Below, in pieces: positions 1 through 9,550 of a DNA stretch of 41,671 nt (positions within the stretch are counted from its first letter, which is position 1; the number at the start of each line of letters is the position of its first letter). The DNA is from a virus (lineage: Duplodnaviria; Heunggongvirae; Uroviricota; Caudoviricetes), in the IMG/VR virus record IMGVR_UViG_3300037391_000121; one strand, given 5' to 3'. The position numbers were made by a program, and so were the translations under genes. The notes beneath the pieces are model-generated. The model ran no database searches, was not told where the DNA came from, and saw nothing but the letters and a program-made list of their open reading frames with translations.

Positions 1-55
1 TGTCTGCCGTCAGGACTATTCTAAGAACCACAGCTTTTGGGACGCCTTCCAATTC

Positions 56-367
56 ATGGTTAACTGGAAGTTCTGGAAGGGGTTATTCCTGCAAAAGAAC
101 CCCACGTGGGATCGATTTGCTGGCTGTCAGGTAGCAGTTCCGTTCGCCTACAAGCTAGATTATCGGTATCATGGAATGGGGCAACACCACTACACATTTG
201 AGTTTTGGCTGCTGAATGTGGTATATTTGAAATGGTTCCGCAGCTATAGGGTTGACACCAAAACCGCTGTGCGGTTCAAACAGCGATACGGAAGGGAAGT
301 ATTCAGATATGCCGACATCCAAGTCAAAGACGAAACAGAGAAAAGAAGACAAGCCGCGACCGTATAG
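56..367 (+). CDS. hypothetical protein
   Basis: ORF track, 103 aa; no recognisable motif. Confidence 0.5.
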   Translation: MVNWKFWKGLFLQKNPTWDRFAGCQVAVPFAYKLDYRYHGMGQHHYTFEFWLLNVVYLKWFRSYRVDTKTAVRFKQRYGREVFRYADIQVKDETEKRRQAATV

Positions 368-1478
368 GGTTGACTACTTCCTGCACAACGAGATGCTGAA
401 GGACAAAGCTCTCGTTCGTTCGAAGGTGATCCGTGCGGTCACCGCTGGACAAGCGACTGACGACCTCGCTTCGATTCTCCCCCTCTCGGCGGGTGAACTC
501 ACAGTCATTCGAGCGTACCGCTTCTACAAGAAACTTTCCGCCGAGCCCGTCCGCAAAACTTACATCGCCATCGACAAGCTGCTTTCCGCAAAGGAAGCCA
601 TCGCCGTCATGACGGCGATTGAAAACCGCCATGTGCCGATTGTCATCCGCCCCGAAGATTTGGGCATCAAGCCGCAGGCAGCCGCCGAGCCCACGGTCGA
701 TCCGACTACGCTGCCGCAGGATCATCCAGATCATGTCTGCACCGACAAGTGCTATGACATCGTTCCGCTCAATGATGCCAAGGCGATTGAGGCCGTCCGC
801 AATCTCTTGGCCGATCCCAATCCAGACCGCAATTACAAGTACGGCGATCCGCAGCCCGCGACGGTGTTTGTCCCTGAATGGGGCCCAGACGCCGATACGT
901 CGAACGTCGCCGCTGGTCAGCCCTCCCCCTACACATTCCCCAACAAGGCGCTCGTCCCGACCAAGGACGCCGTGTTTGACAATGGAAGTGAAGTCGTTAC
1001 CAAGGCGGGTTTTGAAGTTTGCCGCTGGCATGGCTGGAAGTACATCGACCTGCGAGATGGACGTTGCACGGCAACCGATGCGGGTTCTGGGTTTTATTAC
1101 GACACTAAGTACAAGACTGAGTTGTCGATCAAGCGTGCCACAGGTGCAATTGAGCAGTTCGGCAATGCTGTCGCCGATGCCAATGAAGCCGCGCAGAAGT
1201 TTGCTGAGGTTGCCCCGCGTAACGTCGATCTGGATGAAGCGGCACCCGTTATCCATCCGCCGTACACGGCTGACAACGGGCACATCGAAATTCCTGACAC
1301 CCCGTCGATCTGGCGTCCAATCAAGCCGCCTCAGGATGCGGTCTACGACGACAGCGGTTTCCGTCGCGATCCAGCGCAAGCCGTCGAGCGTTCCAACAAG
1401 GCTCCGCTCATCACGCTGGCAACCATCGCAGCCATCGTCGGTCTGGTGCTTGCGTACTTCCACTGGTTCAAGCACTAA
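309..1478 (+). CDS. hypothetical protein with C-terminal transmembrane anchor
   Basis: ORF 252..1478; ATG at 309 follows GGAAG; C-terminus LITLATIAAIVGLVLAYFHWF is hydrophobic. Confidence 0.75.
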   Translation: MPTSKSKTKQRKEDKPRPYRVDYFLHNEMLKDKALVRSKVIRAVTAGQATDDLASILPLSAGELTVIRAYRFYKKLSAEPVRKTYIAIDKLLSAKEAIAVMTAIENRHVPIVIRPEDLGIKPQAAAEPTVDPTTLPQDHPDHVCTDKCYDIVPLNDAKAIEAVRNLLADPNPDRNYKYGDPQPATVFVPEWGPDADTSNVAAGQPSPYTFPNKALVPTKDAVFDNGSEVVTKAGFEVCRWHGWKYIDLRDGRCTATDAGSGFYYDTKYKTELSIKRATGAIEQFGNAVADANEAAQKFAEVAPRNVDLDEAAPVIHPPYTADNGHIEIPDTPSIWRPIKPPQDAVYDDSGFRRDPAQAVERSNKAPLITLATIAAIVGLVLAYFHWFKH

Positions 1479-1489
1479 GAGGAGCAGTC

Positions 1490-1768
1490 ATGATCCGAGG
1501 AATGGAAAAGATGGGTCAGGTTCCAGTATCGACGCCCGCGTCGGCGGACCCTACATCCGTAAAGCTGACCACGGAAATCTATATCTGTCACACTGGCTGC
1601 CCAAATCAAGAGCAGTACAGACGTTCGACAGGCGAATCCGGCTGGCCGCGTTTCATCGCCATCCTGCACGAGCGGTATGCCCCGTGGTCAATCACCCTCA
1701 AATGTGAGAGTTGCGACACGACGATCAGGCACGTAACTGTGAGTACCACCCCTGTCGAAGACTACTAA
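1490..1768 (+). CDS. hypothetical Cys-containing protein
   Basis: AGGAG SD before ATG 1490; CxxxC and CxxC. Confidence 0.7.
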   Translation: MIRGMEKMGQVPVSTPASADPTSVKLTTEIYICHTGCPNQEQYRRSTGESGWPRFIAILHERYAPWSITLKCESCDTTIRHVTVSTTPVEDY

Positions 1769-1806
1769 AACAAACGACTTCCCCTCCCCTTTGTGAGGGG
1801 ACGCAC

Positions 1807-2346
1807 GTGGTCTATTACATCGTTGAAGCCTCCCACCTGTTCCGGGCGGGCGACAAATTCCAAACCCAGTTCTTCGTGCTCGACGTAGTGAACTTCCTAC
1901 AGCACGAATACTTCGCGCCTGACGCTGAGAGCCACACCGTTGTCCTCCACGGCTCGATGAAAGACGAGCAGGCTGAACGCTACTCATCTGCCCTCGAACG
2001 CCATAACGTCAAAGTGATCCGCATGAAGCCCATCGACTCCATGGTCGGGGGCAAGTTTTACTACAAACCCACGTGGTACATGCACCGCATGATGGGATCG
2101 GAGATTCCAGAGGGGAGCCAGATCGTGTTGATCGGCTTCCACAATCCACGTTATCTCTCCTTCCTCGAAAAGTACGCCCACCAGTACGCAATTTCGATGG
2201 CAGCGTTCACCACACCGTCGAAGAAACAGGGCTGGATGACCATTCCCGAAAGCTTCACCACCTACCTCGTCAAAGCCATCGATCTCGACAAATTTGTTTC
2301 CCCAATCAAAGCTGAGTTCAAGCGGAAATCCAGTAGTAAGTCTTAA
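1807..2346 (+). CDS. NYN/PIN-like fold protein, catalytic residues degenerate
   Basis: GTG 1807 after GAGGGG; YIVEASHLF ... KPTWY ... IVLIGFHNPRYLSFLEK aligns by eye with NYN motifs (IDGSN / KGVD / LVSGDSDF) but the Asp residues are missing. Confidence 0.45.
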   Translation: MVYYIVEASHLFRAGDKFQTQFFVLDVVNFLQHEYFAPDAESHTVVLHGSMKDEQAERYSSALERHNVKVIRMKPIDSMVGGKFYYKPTWYMHRMMGSEIPEGSQIVLIGFHNPRYLSFLEKYAHQYAISMAAFTTPSKKQGWMTIPESFTTYLVKAIDLDKFVSPIKAEFKRKSSSKS

Positions 2347-2452
2347 GGGCGGCATCGTGGCCTAAAGTCCCGATAAGAGCTAGTTACTCTCCCGAGGGGA
2401 TTCACCGCCCTTTTCGGGGGGAATGCAACCCGAGCCGCCCTGAAAGGTTCTC

Positions 2453-2932
2453 ATGCTCAAAGTGAAGAAGCTCAACCCTGACGCCAAGTGTCCCACGGTC
2501 GGTCATCCGGGGGAAGACCTCGCCTACGACCTGTATTCCGCTGAAGACACCCGCATCCTGCCTTGGACTACACGCAGGATTGGAACGGGTATCGCCGCCG
2601 TTTTCGACGGGCCTCCGTTGAGCACTGGACAGGGCTCATTCGGCTGGGTCGTCTATAGCCCCATCACAAAGTGGGGTCTCCTCATTCAGGATCGTTCGTC
2701 TATGGCGAACCTCAGCCTGTTTACCATCGGCAGCGTCCTCGACTCAGGCTACCGTGGAGAGATTTTCGTGATGATTGCCAACTTTACGGACGAGCCCGTT
2801 TTCCTCCCAGCGGGCAGCAAGATCGCCCAAATGGTTCCCACCCCCGTCCTGACTCACTGTGGTATGATCGAGGTTGCCGAACTTCCCGCATCCTCGCGGG
2901 GTGATCGCGGCTTTGGGAGTACAGGTTCATGA
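2453..2932 (+). CDS. dut: dUTPase (trimeric)
   Basis: motifs AYDLYS, QDRSS, GSVLDSGYRGE, KIAQMV, RGDRGFGSTG. Confidence 0.95.
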   Translation: MLKVKKLNPDAKCPTVGHPGEDLAYDLYSAEDTRILPWTTRRIGTGIAAVFDGPPLSTGQGSFGWVVYSPITKWGLLIQDRSSMANLSLFTIGSVLDSGYRGEIFVMIANFTDEPVFLPAGSKIAQMVPTPVLTHCGMIEVAELPASSRGDRGFGSTGS

Positions 2933-3132
2933 AGAAGAAAGTAGCAAAAGCGCGAATCACCCCTGAAATGATGGAACGCCTGAACAACGGCGAAACCGTC
3001 ACCGTCAACATCCCACCCGACGTTTGCCAACTACGACTTTCCACTCGTGACGGCGAAAAAGACATGTTTGATGAGATATTCGATGGCTTGCTCCGCAACC
3101 TCCTTCGAAAACTTCGTATCCAGAACCATTAG
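2929..3132 (+). CDS. hypothetical protein
   Basis: ATGA overlap with dut stop, 67 aa. Confidence 0.7.
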   Translation: MKKKVAKARITPEMMERLNNGETVTVNIPPDVCQLRLSTRDGEKDMFDEIFDGLLRNLLRKLRIQNH

Positions 3133-3143
3133 GTAGAGGGTTC

Positions 3144-3803
3144 ATGGAACGCTATCTCGACATCTCTGAAGATCAGGCACTTAAGCTCCGCGAAGGACTG
3201 GAGCTTTTGGAGACCCTCGACCGCGATGCTGTCCGTGGGCTCGATCTCTGTCTCTACGGATTATCCAGTGATCCGCAGATTCTTGACGCCGCCCGCGAAG
3301 CCATCGCTTCGGATTCTGAAGATGAAGTCGCCGAGCAGGATGTGCAAATCGGTGAGGTCGCCGTCGCCATTCCCATTTCTTCCGACACAATTTACGCTCT
3401 GACAGGATCGGGGATTAGGCTGAAGGATGAATATTTCGCTTATGCTGGATCAGGCGGCGAAGGCACCCGTCGTGGTTATTTTTTCAGTGCCAGCTACCGC
3501 CCTACGGTCACTATGCACTCATTCTCGCACGTGGCTCTGGCATCATCGGATTCTTGGGTTGACGACTTTCTGGAGAAGACAGGTGGGAAGAACGTATCTC
3601 CTACAGAGATCAAAAAGAAAGTGCAGCGGTCGGAACAGGCAACTGAGCCGGGAACGCCAACTCCAGCCGAGCCGCAAGTCCCCGTAGAAGCCCCACCCGC
3701 CGCCCCAGCAGCCCAGCCTACCGCTCCCGCAGCCGCTACCCCGAAGCAGACCTCGTTGAATGATTCTACCATCGGTCGGCTGGTGGAGGACTTCCTTGGT
3801 TAG
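3144..3803 (+). CDS. hypothetical protein with Pro/Ala-rich linker
   Basis: ORF track, 219 aa, GAGGG SD. Confidence 0.8.
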   Translation: MERYLDISEDQALKLREGLELLETLDRDAVRGLDLCLYGLSSDPQILDAAREAIASDSEDEVAEQDVQIGEVAVAIPISSDTIYALTGSGIRLKDEYFAYAGSGGEGTRRGYFFSASYRPTVTMHSFSHVALASSDSWVDDFLEKTGGKNVSPTEIKKKVQRSEQATEPGTPTPAEPQVPVEAPPAAPAAQPTAPAAATPKQTSLNDSTIGRLVEDFLG

Positions 3804-4149
3804 CGAATCAACTGCACTGGCGTGCATCCCTTCCCCGCTCTCCGTCAAGTGGCCCGATGTGTTTCCAGCCAAAGAGGGATACACCAAGATTCGCCTGAGT
3901 TTCCTGACGGATGACCCCAAGCATATCCGCTCCCTGATGTTGCAGCAAATCTACAACGTCAAGCCGCCGTTCGTTGAGGATGTCTGCGTCCTCCTGCCTC
4001 GGATGCAGGTTTTCGGCATACTGGCGACGTTTTTCCCAGTCTTCGAACGACTGCAAGAAGCTGGCATAGTTAGCCCCGCCGCTAACCTCCAAGGATTCAA
4101 GGTCTTAGACGAGGATTTCGAAACCCTAGCATATTTGTTTAATTTCTAG
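3796..4149 (+). CDS. hypothetical protein (source of the 164-bp duplication)
   Basis: TTG 3796 five nt after GGAGGA; continuous reading frame to TAG 4149. Confidence 0.65.
   Translation: MVSESTALACIPSPLSVKWPDVFPAKEGYTKIRLSFLTDDPKHIRSLMLQQIYNVKPPFVEDVCVLLPRMQVFGILATFFPVFERLQEAGIVSPAANLQGFKVLDEDFETLAYLFNF
3819..3982 (+). repeat. 164-bp perfect direct repeat, copy 1
   Basis: identical to 10190..10353 by base-by-base comparison. Confidence 0.95.
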
Positions 4150-4176
4150 CCAAAAACACGATCTCGATGGTAGAAT
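4146..4176 (+). promoter_or_regulatory. phage promoter, CTA(G/T)C(C/T)-N19-TAnnAT class
   Basis: CTAGCC 4146-4151, GG then TAGAAT 4171-4176. Confidence 0.65.
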
Positions 4177-4189
4177 AGACACCGAGTCT

Positions 4190-5086
4190 ATGACTATCCA
4201 ACGAAGAGACGCTCTCGGCGACCGCATGAAGCGGTACGAAGACATCACCCGCTACAAACTTCCACCCCGCACCTATACTCTCCTCCGTGTTGACGGACGG
4301 GCATTCCACACGTGGACGCGGGGCCTGCAAAAACCTTACGATACGTTCCTGATGAATCTGATGGACAAGACCGCGATTGCCCTGTGCGAAGAGATCGCCG
4401 GGACGCAGTTCGCCTTCGTCCAGAGTGATGAGATTAGCCTGCTCGCCGTGGACTTCCTTGAGATCGGCACCCAAGCGTGGTTCGATGGACTGGTACAGAA
4501 GTGGTGCAGCGTATCCGCCGCCATCGCGACCATGACGTTCAACATGGAACTCATGAAGCTCAAAGGGTCGAACACGACCGAGAACGAACTCCTTATCACC
4601 AAGAAATTGCCCGTCGCCACGTTCGACGCCCGCGTCTGGACGATTCCAGATCACGTCGAAGTCGAGAACTACTTCGTGTGGCGGCAACAGGACGCGGTAC
4701 GCAACTCCGTCATGATGCTGGCTCGCGCTCACGCCTCGCACAAGCAACTGCACGGCAAGAACCAAGCCGCTCAGCACGATATCATTCACGCTGCGGGTGA
4801 CAATTGGGAGAAGCATCCCGCTCGCTTCAAGCACGGCGGTGTTATTCGCCGTCAGGCGGTTGACTACACGCCCGTCCCCATTGTTCATCCTGCATTTGTG
4901 CCGCCGAATTTTTCGGGGCTGGTCTCTAAAGAGGCTCCGAAGCCCGAGAGAAGCAATTGGTTCATGGATGAAGGCACTCCCGTATTCACACGCGAGCGTC
5001 ATTACCTGCGAACCATGATCCCGATTCATTGGGAAGACGATATGGTTCAGCGGATTCCAGATCATCGAAAGGGGACAACGGCATGA
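4190..5086 (+). CDS. thg1: tRNA(His) guanylyltransferase Thg1 / Thg1-like protein
   Basis: GDRMKRYE, RVDGRAFH, QSDEISL, FDAR, YFVWRQQDAVRNS are hallmark Thg1 motifs. Confidence 0.95.
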   Translation: MTIQRRDALGDRMKRYEDITRYKLPPRTYTLLRVDGRAFHTWTRGLQKPYDTFLMNLMDKTAIALCEEIAGTQFAFVQSDEISLLAVDFLEIGTQAWFDGLVQKWCSVSAAIATMTFNMELMKLKGSNTTENELLITKKLPVATFDARVWTIPDHVEVENYFVWRQQDAVRNSVMMLARAHASHKQLHGKNQAAQHDIIHAAGDNWEKHPARFKHGGVIRRQAVDYTPVPIVHPAFVPPNFSGLVSKEAPKPERSNWFMDEGTPVFTRERHYLRTMIPIHWEDDMVQRIPDHRKGTTA

Positions 5087-5454
5087 AGGGCGCTCTAAAA
5101 CAACTGTCGGCTTTCGGCAAGACCTTCAAGTACCGCATCGGAGAATTGGAGACTGAGTTCCGTCTCCCGGGCGGCGAATCTCTGACGTACCCGAATTGGG
5201 ATGTCAAGGGCGTGCGGGAGCGGTTCTTCCGCGAAGAGTACCTCGACCCCGAAGTTCATTACAACCAGCCCAAGGAGTCGGAGCCGAGCGAGTTCGGTCT
5301 CAAAGCGTCGGATGTCAAACGGTTCGTCGAGGGCAACGAGGACACGTTCGACCCACTGCCGCCCGTCACCACCCCCGCGTTCGAACCTATTCAAGTTGCC
5401 GGAGAAGCGCCGAAGGCAACGACTCCAGAACTTTCGGAGGCTCACAGTGCTTAA
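5083..5454 (+). CDS. hypothetical protein
   Basis: ATG 5083 overlapping thg1 stop, GGGGA SD. Confidence 0.7.
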   Translation: MKGALKQLSAFGKTFKYRIGELETEFRLPGGESLTYPNWDVKGVRERFFREEYLDPEVHYNQPKESEPSEFGLKASDVKRFVEGNEDTFDPLPPVTTPAFEPIQVAGEAPKATTPELSEAHSA

Positions 5455-6601
5455 TTTCCTGCTCCTGATGCTGGTTCCGCTTATCATCGCCCTCGTCACC
5501 CTGTTTGCATTTAAGGGTAAGGTGGTGTTCTGGGAGTTCGCCGCTCAGGTTGGTGTCATCGCACTGTTCATTGCGGTGTCCCTCGGCATCGCATACGAGA
5601 GCCGCACCACGGACACCGAAGTCTGGAACGGGCAGGTCACGGCAAAGAAACGGAATGAAGTAAGCTGCCGTCACTCTTATCAATGCAATTGTCACGAAGA
5701 TTGCTCAGACTCAGGAAGCAACCGTTCCTGCACTGAGCATTGCGATACATGCTACGAACACAGCTATGACGTGGATTGGGACGTGTATGCCTCGACAAAC
5801 GAGAGCACGAGTATCGACACCATTGATCGTCAGGGACTCGATATGCCTCCGCGATGGGGTAAGGCGTATCTCGGGGAGCCGTGGGCGTCTGAACACAACT
5901 ACACCAACTACATCCTCGCTAATCCCGACAGCGTGCTGCTCGGCACCAAGGGCGACATGGTGCGGTTCGGCAAGATGATTCCGAAGTACCCAAGTAGCAT
6001 CTATGACTATTACTACAACAACCCCGTCATCAACATGGGGGTTCCGAATGTCCAACTTGACACGTGGAACTGGTTGATCCGCGACATCAACAAGACCCTC
6101 GGCCCGAAAAAGCAGGTGCACATCATCGTGATTCTGGTGCCGACCAACGACCGCTCTTACATGCTGGCTCTCAAGGATGCGTGGGTGGGCGGCAAGAAGA
6201 ACGACGTGGACGTGGTGATTGGCTCTGCGGACGGCAACAAGATCGATTTCGCCGACGTACTGAGTTGGTCTACCAACAAGGCATTGGCTGTCGATCTGCG
6301 GGACGAGATTCAAGACATCGGCAGTCTGGGGCAGAAAGATGCCATCGTCGGAGCCATCAACGGCACCGTGGAAAAGGATTTCGTGCGGATGCACATGAAG
6401 GACATGAAGTGGCTTATGCGATCCTTCCAGCCTTCGCAGACTTCGATGATCGTCATCTTCATCTTGGCTACGCTAATCTCCCTCGGTCTTTCGATTTGGG
6501 CAGTCATGGCTGACATTGGTGAGGACGATCTGGGGGATGATTCTTACGGTCACCGACGATTCGCGGCCCGAATCAAATACAACCGCTACGGCGGATATTG
6601 A
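5447..6601 (+). CDS. membrane protein with Cys-rich extracytoplasmic segment
   Basis: GTG 5447 after GGAGG; two N-terminal and one C-terminal TM helices; CRHSYQCNC...CTEHCDTCY. Confidence 0.8.
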   Translation: MLNFLLLMLVPLIIALVTLFAFKGKVVFWEFAAQVGVIALFIAVSLGIAYESRTTDTEVWNGQVTAKKRNEVSCRHSYQCNCHEDCSDSGSNRSCTEHCDTCYEHSYDVDWDVYASTNESTSIDTIDRQGLDMPPRWGKAYLGEPWASEHNYTNYILANPDSVLLGTKGDMVRFGKMIPKYPSSIYDYYYNNPVINMGVPNVQLDTWNWLIRDINKTLGPKKQVHIIVILVPTNDRSYMLALKDAWVGGKKNDVDVVIGSADGNKIDFADVLSWSTNKALAVDLRDEIQDIGSLGQKDAIVGAINGTVEKDFVRMHMKDMKWLMRSFQPSQTSMIVIFILATLISLGLSIWAVMADIGEDDLGDDSYGHRRFAARIKYNRYGGY

Positions 6602-6609
6602 GGAGACCT

Positions 6610-7053
6610 ATGAAAAACACATTGCTGCTGTTCGTAGCTACACTACTGTTGTCACTCGGGGCTGTGGCACAAGACCCGATTAAGCCGCTGCCGCCGCCAC
6701 TCCAGTTTCCGCTTTCGGCTCCGCAGCCCATTCCCCCCGCTCCGACGCCCGTTCCATTGCAGGCAGCGCCCGTCCCGCTTCAAGCAGCACAGCCCGGAGT
6801 TCACACATACCTAAAAACGAGCGGGAATAATGCTTATACGTTCCACCTTGACAACAATACGAGCGATGATATTTGTGTCACCGTCTCGCTCAACGAGGAC
6901 AAGAGTTTCAACGTAGTGGGCAGCACGGTGGGGACGATCACGGTAGAAGCGGGCAAGACGAATGTCTACGTCGGCTACTACAAACAGGATGTGAGTGGTC
7001 AGCGGTGGTTCCCCGTCGTCCACACGGAATGGACTAACGGCACCTGCGACTAA
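6610..7053 (+). CDS. secreted Pro-rich protein
   Basis: AGGAG SD; signal peptide MKNTLLLFVATLLLSLGAVAQ followed by a Pro-rich stretch. Confidence 0.8.
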   Translation: MKNTLLLFVATLLLSLGAVAQDPIKPLPPPLQFPLSAPQPIPPAPTPVPLQAAPVPLQAAQPGVHTYLKTSGNNAYTFHLDNNTSDDICVTVSLNEDKSFNVVGSTVGTITVEAGKTNVYVGYYKQDVSGQRWFPVVHTEWTNGTCD

Positions 7054-7061
7054 AGGTGCTA

Positions 7062-7090
7062 TTGCTTAATCGCTCGGTAACGAGTACAGT
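7062..7090 (+). promoter_or_regulatory. sigma70-like promoter
   Basis: TTGCTT-17-TACAGT upstream of 7106. Confidence 0.5.
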
Positions 7091-7105
7091 GGGTCTGGAG
7101 AATAT

Positions 7106-7834
7106 ATGAAAAAGATCGGTTTGGCTCTCAGCATTGTTTTACTGGCGTCTTGCCCCTTTGGGCAGTCAACGCCTGAGGCGGTTGTTGAACAGAACGCCAA
7201 GTTGCAAACGTCGATCACCGCCCTGACGAGCACCAACACCCAGATCGATCAGTTCACCGCCCTCCTTACGGGGGCACAGGAAACCTTGTCTGAGGCGCAT
7301 CACACCGATCTAATCACTCGGGGAAACACTCTCGTAACTCAGTGGAACGGGAAGGATGGAATCGTCGAGACCAAGAAGGCATACAATGCCGAGGTAGCCC
7401 GCCACGACGCCGCTTGTCCCGACTCAACGGAAGATGCAGCATTGCAAGCAAGCTGCAATAAGTGGAAAGCCAATCTCGACATCATCCTCGGCAGAGTTCA
7501 GGCGCGAATCAAAACTTGGTCAGCCAGCAAAGACGCCCTGTACGCCGACATGAAGGACTACGACGCGGCTCCTGCCGCCGCCCAAAATGACCAGTTCACG
7601 ATCCAGAATTTAGAGCGGGCGAAAACTCGCATCCTCGGTGATCTTGGTCAGATCAATGATGACGTTCTAAAGTGTCGTGAAGCCATTAAGAACTCGACCA
7701 AGGAAGACATGGTTGAGAAGTGCGGGCAAATGTGGGACGGTAACGCGATCCACCCGGGCCTCGTCAATCAAGGTACGGGAACAAAAAGTTACGGAACGGG
7801 TGCTAATCCCACCACAAATTCGCAGCAAAACTAG
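7106..7834 (+). CDS. secreted coiled-coil protein (paralog A)
   Basis: signal peptide, heptad-rich body, C-terminal CGQMWDGN. Confidence 0.8.
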   Translation: MKKIGLALSIVLLASCPFGQSTPEAVVEQNAKLQTSITALTSTNTQIDQFTALLTGAQETLSEAHHTDLITRGNTLVTQWNGKDGIVETKKAYNAEVARHDAACPDSTEDAALQASCNKWKANLDIILGRVQARIKTWSASKDALYADMKDYDAAPAAAQNDQFTIQNLERAKTRILGDLGQINDDVLKCREAIKNSTKEDMVEKCGQMWDGNAIHPGLVNQGTGTKSYGTGANPTTNSQQN

Positions 7835-7844
7835 GAGGATTTCA

Positions 7845-8747
7845 ATGAAGTACGCTACATCGTTACTCGCAGCACTGGTGATGTTGGTGGGAGCGACATT
7901 CGCTCAAGATGCTCAGATCGCCGATCTGAAAAATCAACTGGATGGCCTCTTCGTGAATCGGGGTAACCTACACGAGGAATATAACAATCAGGATCGGGAA
8001 AAGATTTCTCTCGCCAGCCAAGGGAAGGACGTTGTGTTGGATCAGGCTCAGTACGATAAGGCTCTTGCCAAGCACAACGATTGGGCTGCTGACCAGAACA
8101 AACGGGCAGCCGACCATGATCTGGCGTCCGCCCATCTGACGCAACTCTTCGCCCCTCTCAGAGCCCGGCAGGCTGATGTCGTGTCCCGATTCAATGCAAA
8201 CCAGCAATGGGCAGCCAATCTCACAGCCAACAGGTGCTTTTATCCGCCCGATAATCCGGGGTACTGCTCGGCTTACGAACAGCAAAGAAGTCAGCAAATT
8301 TCCCAGATGGGTCAACTCAAAGCCGAGGCTGCTCAAATCGATGCCGAGGCCGCTCCGCTCAACGCTCAAGTTGCCGAATTGAATGTCTCGGCTGCTGAGT
8401 TGACCAGCGAAGGGGATAGGGTCAACGCGGATAAAGTGCGAATCGATGCACAGGGGAAAGTCCTCGACGACGCCATCTTAGCCTACAAAACGAGGCTTGC
8501 CACTCTCAACGCGGCAATCGAGCGGCACAACCATGATTGGATGGATAACGAAGCCAAGATCGCCCGCATCCTCGCGACCTTGAGAGACGCTGGCGTGCAG
8601 GTTGACAACTGCCAGAATGCTCTTAAAAACACTGGCGACGGTGCTCTTGAGAACATCCATGCCGTGTGCGGCCAAATGTTCGACGGCAACACCAACATGA
8701 GGCCCACTGTCAACAACGGTACGGGCGGTGCTTCATCAAACAACTAG
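7845..8747 (+). CDS. secreted coiled-coil protein (paralog B)
   Basis: GGAGG SD, ATG 7845, signal peptide, C-terminal CGQMFDGN. Confidence 0.8.
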   Translation: MKYATSLLAALVMLVGATFAQDAQIADLKNQLDGLFVNRGNLHEEYNNQDREKISLASQGKDVVLDQAQYDKALAKHNDWAADQNKRAADHDLASAHLTQLFAPLRARQADVVSRFNANQQWAANLTANRCFYPPDNPGYCSAYEQQRSQQISQMGQLKAEAAQIDAEAAPLNAQVAELNVSAAELTSEGDRVNADKVRIDAQGKVLDDAILAYKTRLATLNAAIERHNHDWMDNEAKIARILATLRDAGVQVDNCQNALKNTGDGALENIHAVCGQMFDGNTNMRPTVNNGTGGASSNN

Positions 8748-8755
8748 GGCTTTAG

Positions 8756-8784
8756 TTGCACAAAGTTTGTGGTTGCGGTAAAAT
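8756..8784 (+). promoter_or_regulatory. sigma70-like promoter
   Basis: TTGCAC-17-TAAAAT upstream of 8804. Confidence 0.65.
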
Positions 8785-8803
8785 CTAGTTCAGGAGAAAA
8801 GGC

Positions 8804-9391
8804 ATGAAATCACTTGGTATAGCATTTGGAGTAGTTGCGCTGGTTCTGGTTTTGCTGGTCGGCGGGTTCTTCCTCGGCTACATCGGCTGGTCGAACGACG
8901 CCAACGGCTTCGAGGCTGACATTCCTGCTCAGTACACGCAGATGAAGAACAGCTACGACAACGGCTGGAAGAAGGTCGTCGAGATCGCTCAGATTCCGAC
9001 GATGCAACAGGACGCCTACAAAAGCGTTTACGACGGCGTGATGAAGGGTCGTTACGGGGCCAATGGCTCAACGGCGATGCTCCAGTTCATCAAGGAACAG
9101 AACCCGACGTTAGACCCAGCCCTGTACACGAAGATTCAACAGACTATCGAAATCTTCCACAATGAGTTCGAGAGTTCGCAGACGAACATCATCGCCCGCA
9201 AGCAAGCGTATCAACGCTTCCTGACGGCGACGACTTCGGGGCGTCTCTACAACTTCATCGGGCACTATCCGCGTATTCGATGCGGCGTGCCAGCAGGCCA
9301 GCCCGACGACTACCAGATCGTAACGTCGGATAAGACAGAGACGGACTTCCAGAACCACAAGGCCGAGCCTCTGAACCTGTTGAAGAAATAA
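8804..9391 (+). CDS. LemA-like membrane-anchored protein
   Basis: N-terminal TM then helical domain (FEADIPAQYTQMKNSYDN ... IARKQAYQ) resembling the LemA family by eye. Confidence 0.6.
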   Translation: MKSLGIAFGVVALVLVLLVGGFFLGYIGWSNDANGFEADIPAQYTQMKNSYDNGWKKVVEIAQIPTMQQDAYKSVYDGVMKGRYGANGSTAMLQFIKEQNPTLDPALYTKIQQTIEIFHNEFESSQTNIIARKQAYQRFLTATTSGRLYNFIGHYPRIRCGVPAGQPDDYQIVTSDKTETDFQNHKAEPLNLLKK

Positions 9392-9419
9392 GCTGACCGC
9401 CGCTCCACTGGCGGAAACG

Positions 9420-9443
9420 GGGGAGAGGTTTCGACCTCTCCCC
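9420..9443 (+). other. perfect 10-bp hairpin with UUCG loop (processing/stability element)
   Basis: GGGGAGAGGT-TTCG-ACCTCTCCCC, intergenic, no U-tract. Confidence 0.7.
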
Positions 9444-9463
9444 TCACGGTATACGGAGGAATT

Positions 9464-9550
9464 ATGAACTTCAACATCAAATTGAATCTGATCCTCGGGT
9501 CGATCTGCTTCATAGTCGTGATCGCTCTGTTGCCGCTATTGAAGCCATGA
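9464..9550 (+). CDS. small membrane peptide (28 aa)
   Basis: GGAGGA SD; MNFNIKLNLILGSICFIVVIALLPLLKP; stop overlaps next ATG. Confidence 0.6.
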   Translation: MNFNIKLNLILGSICFIVVIALLPLLKP

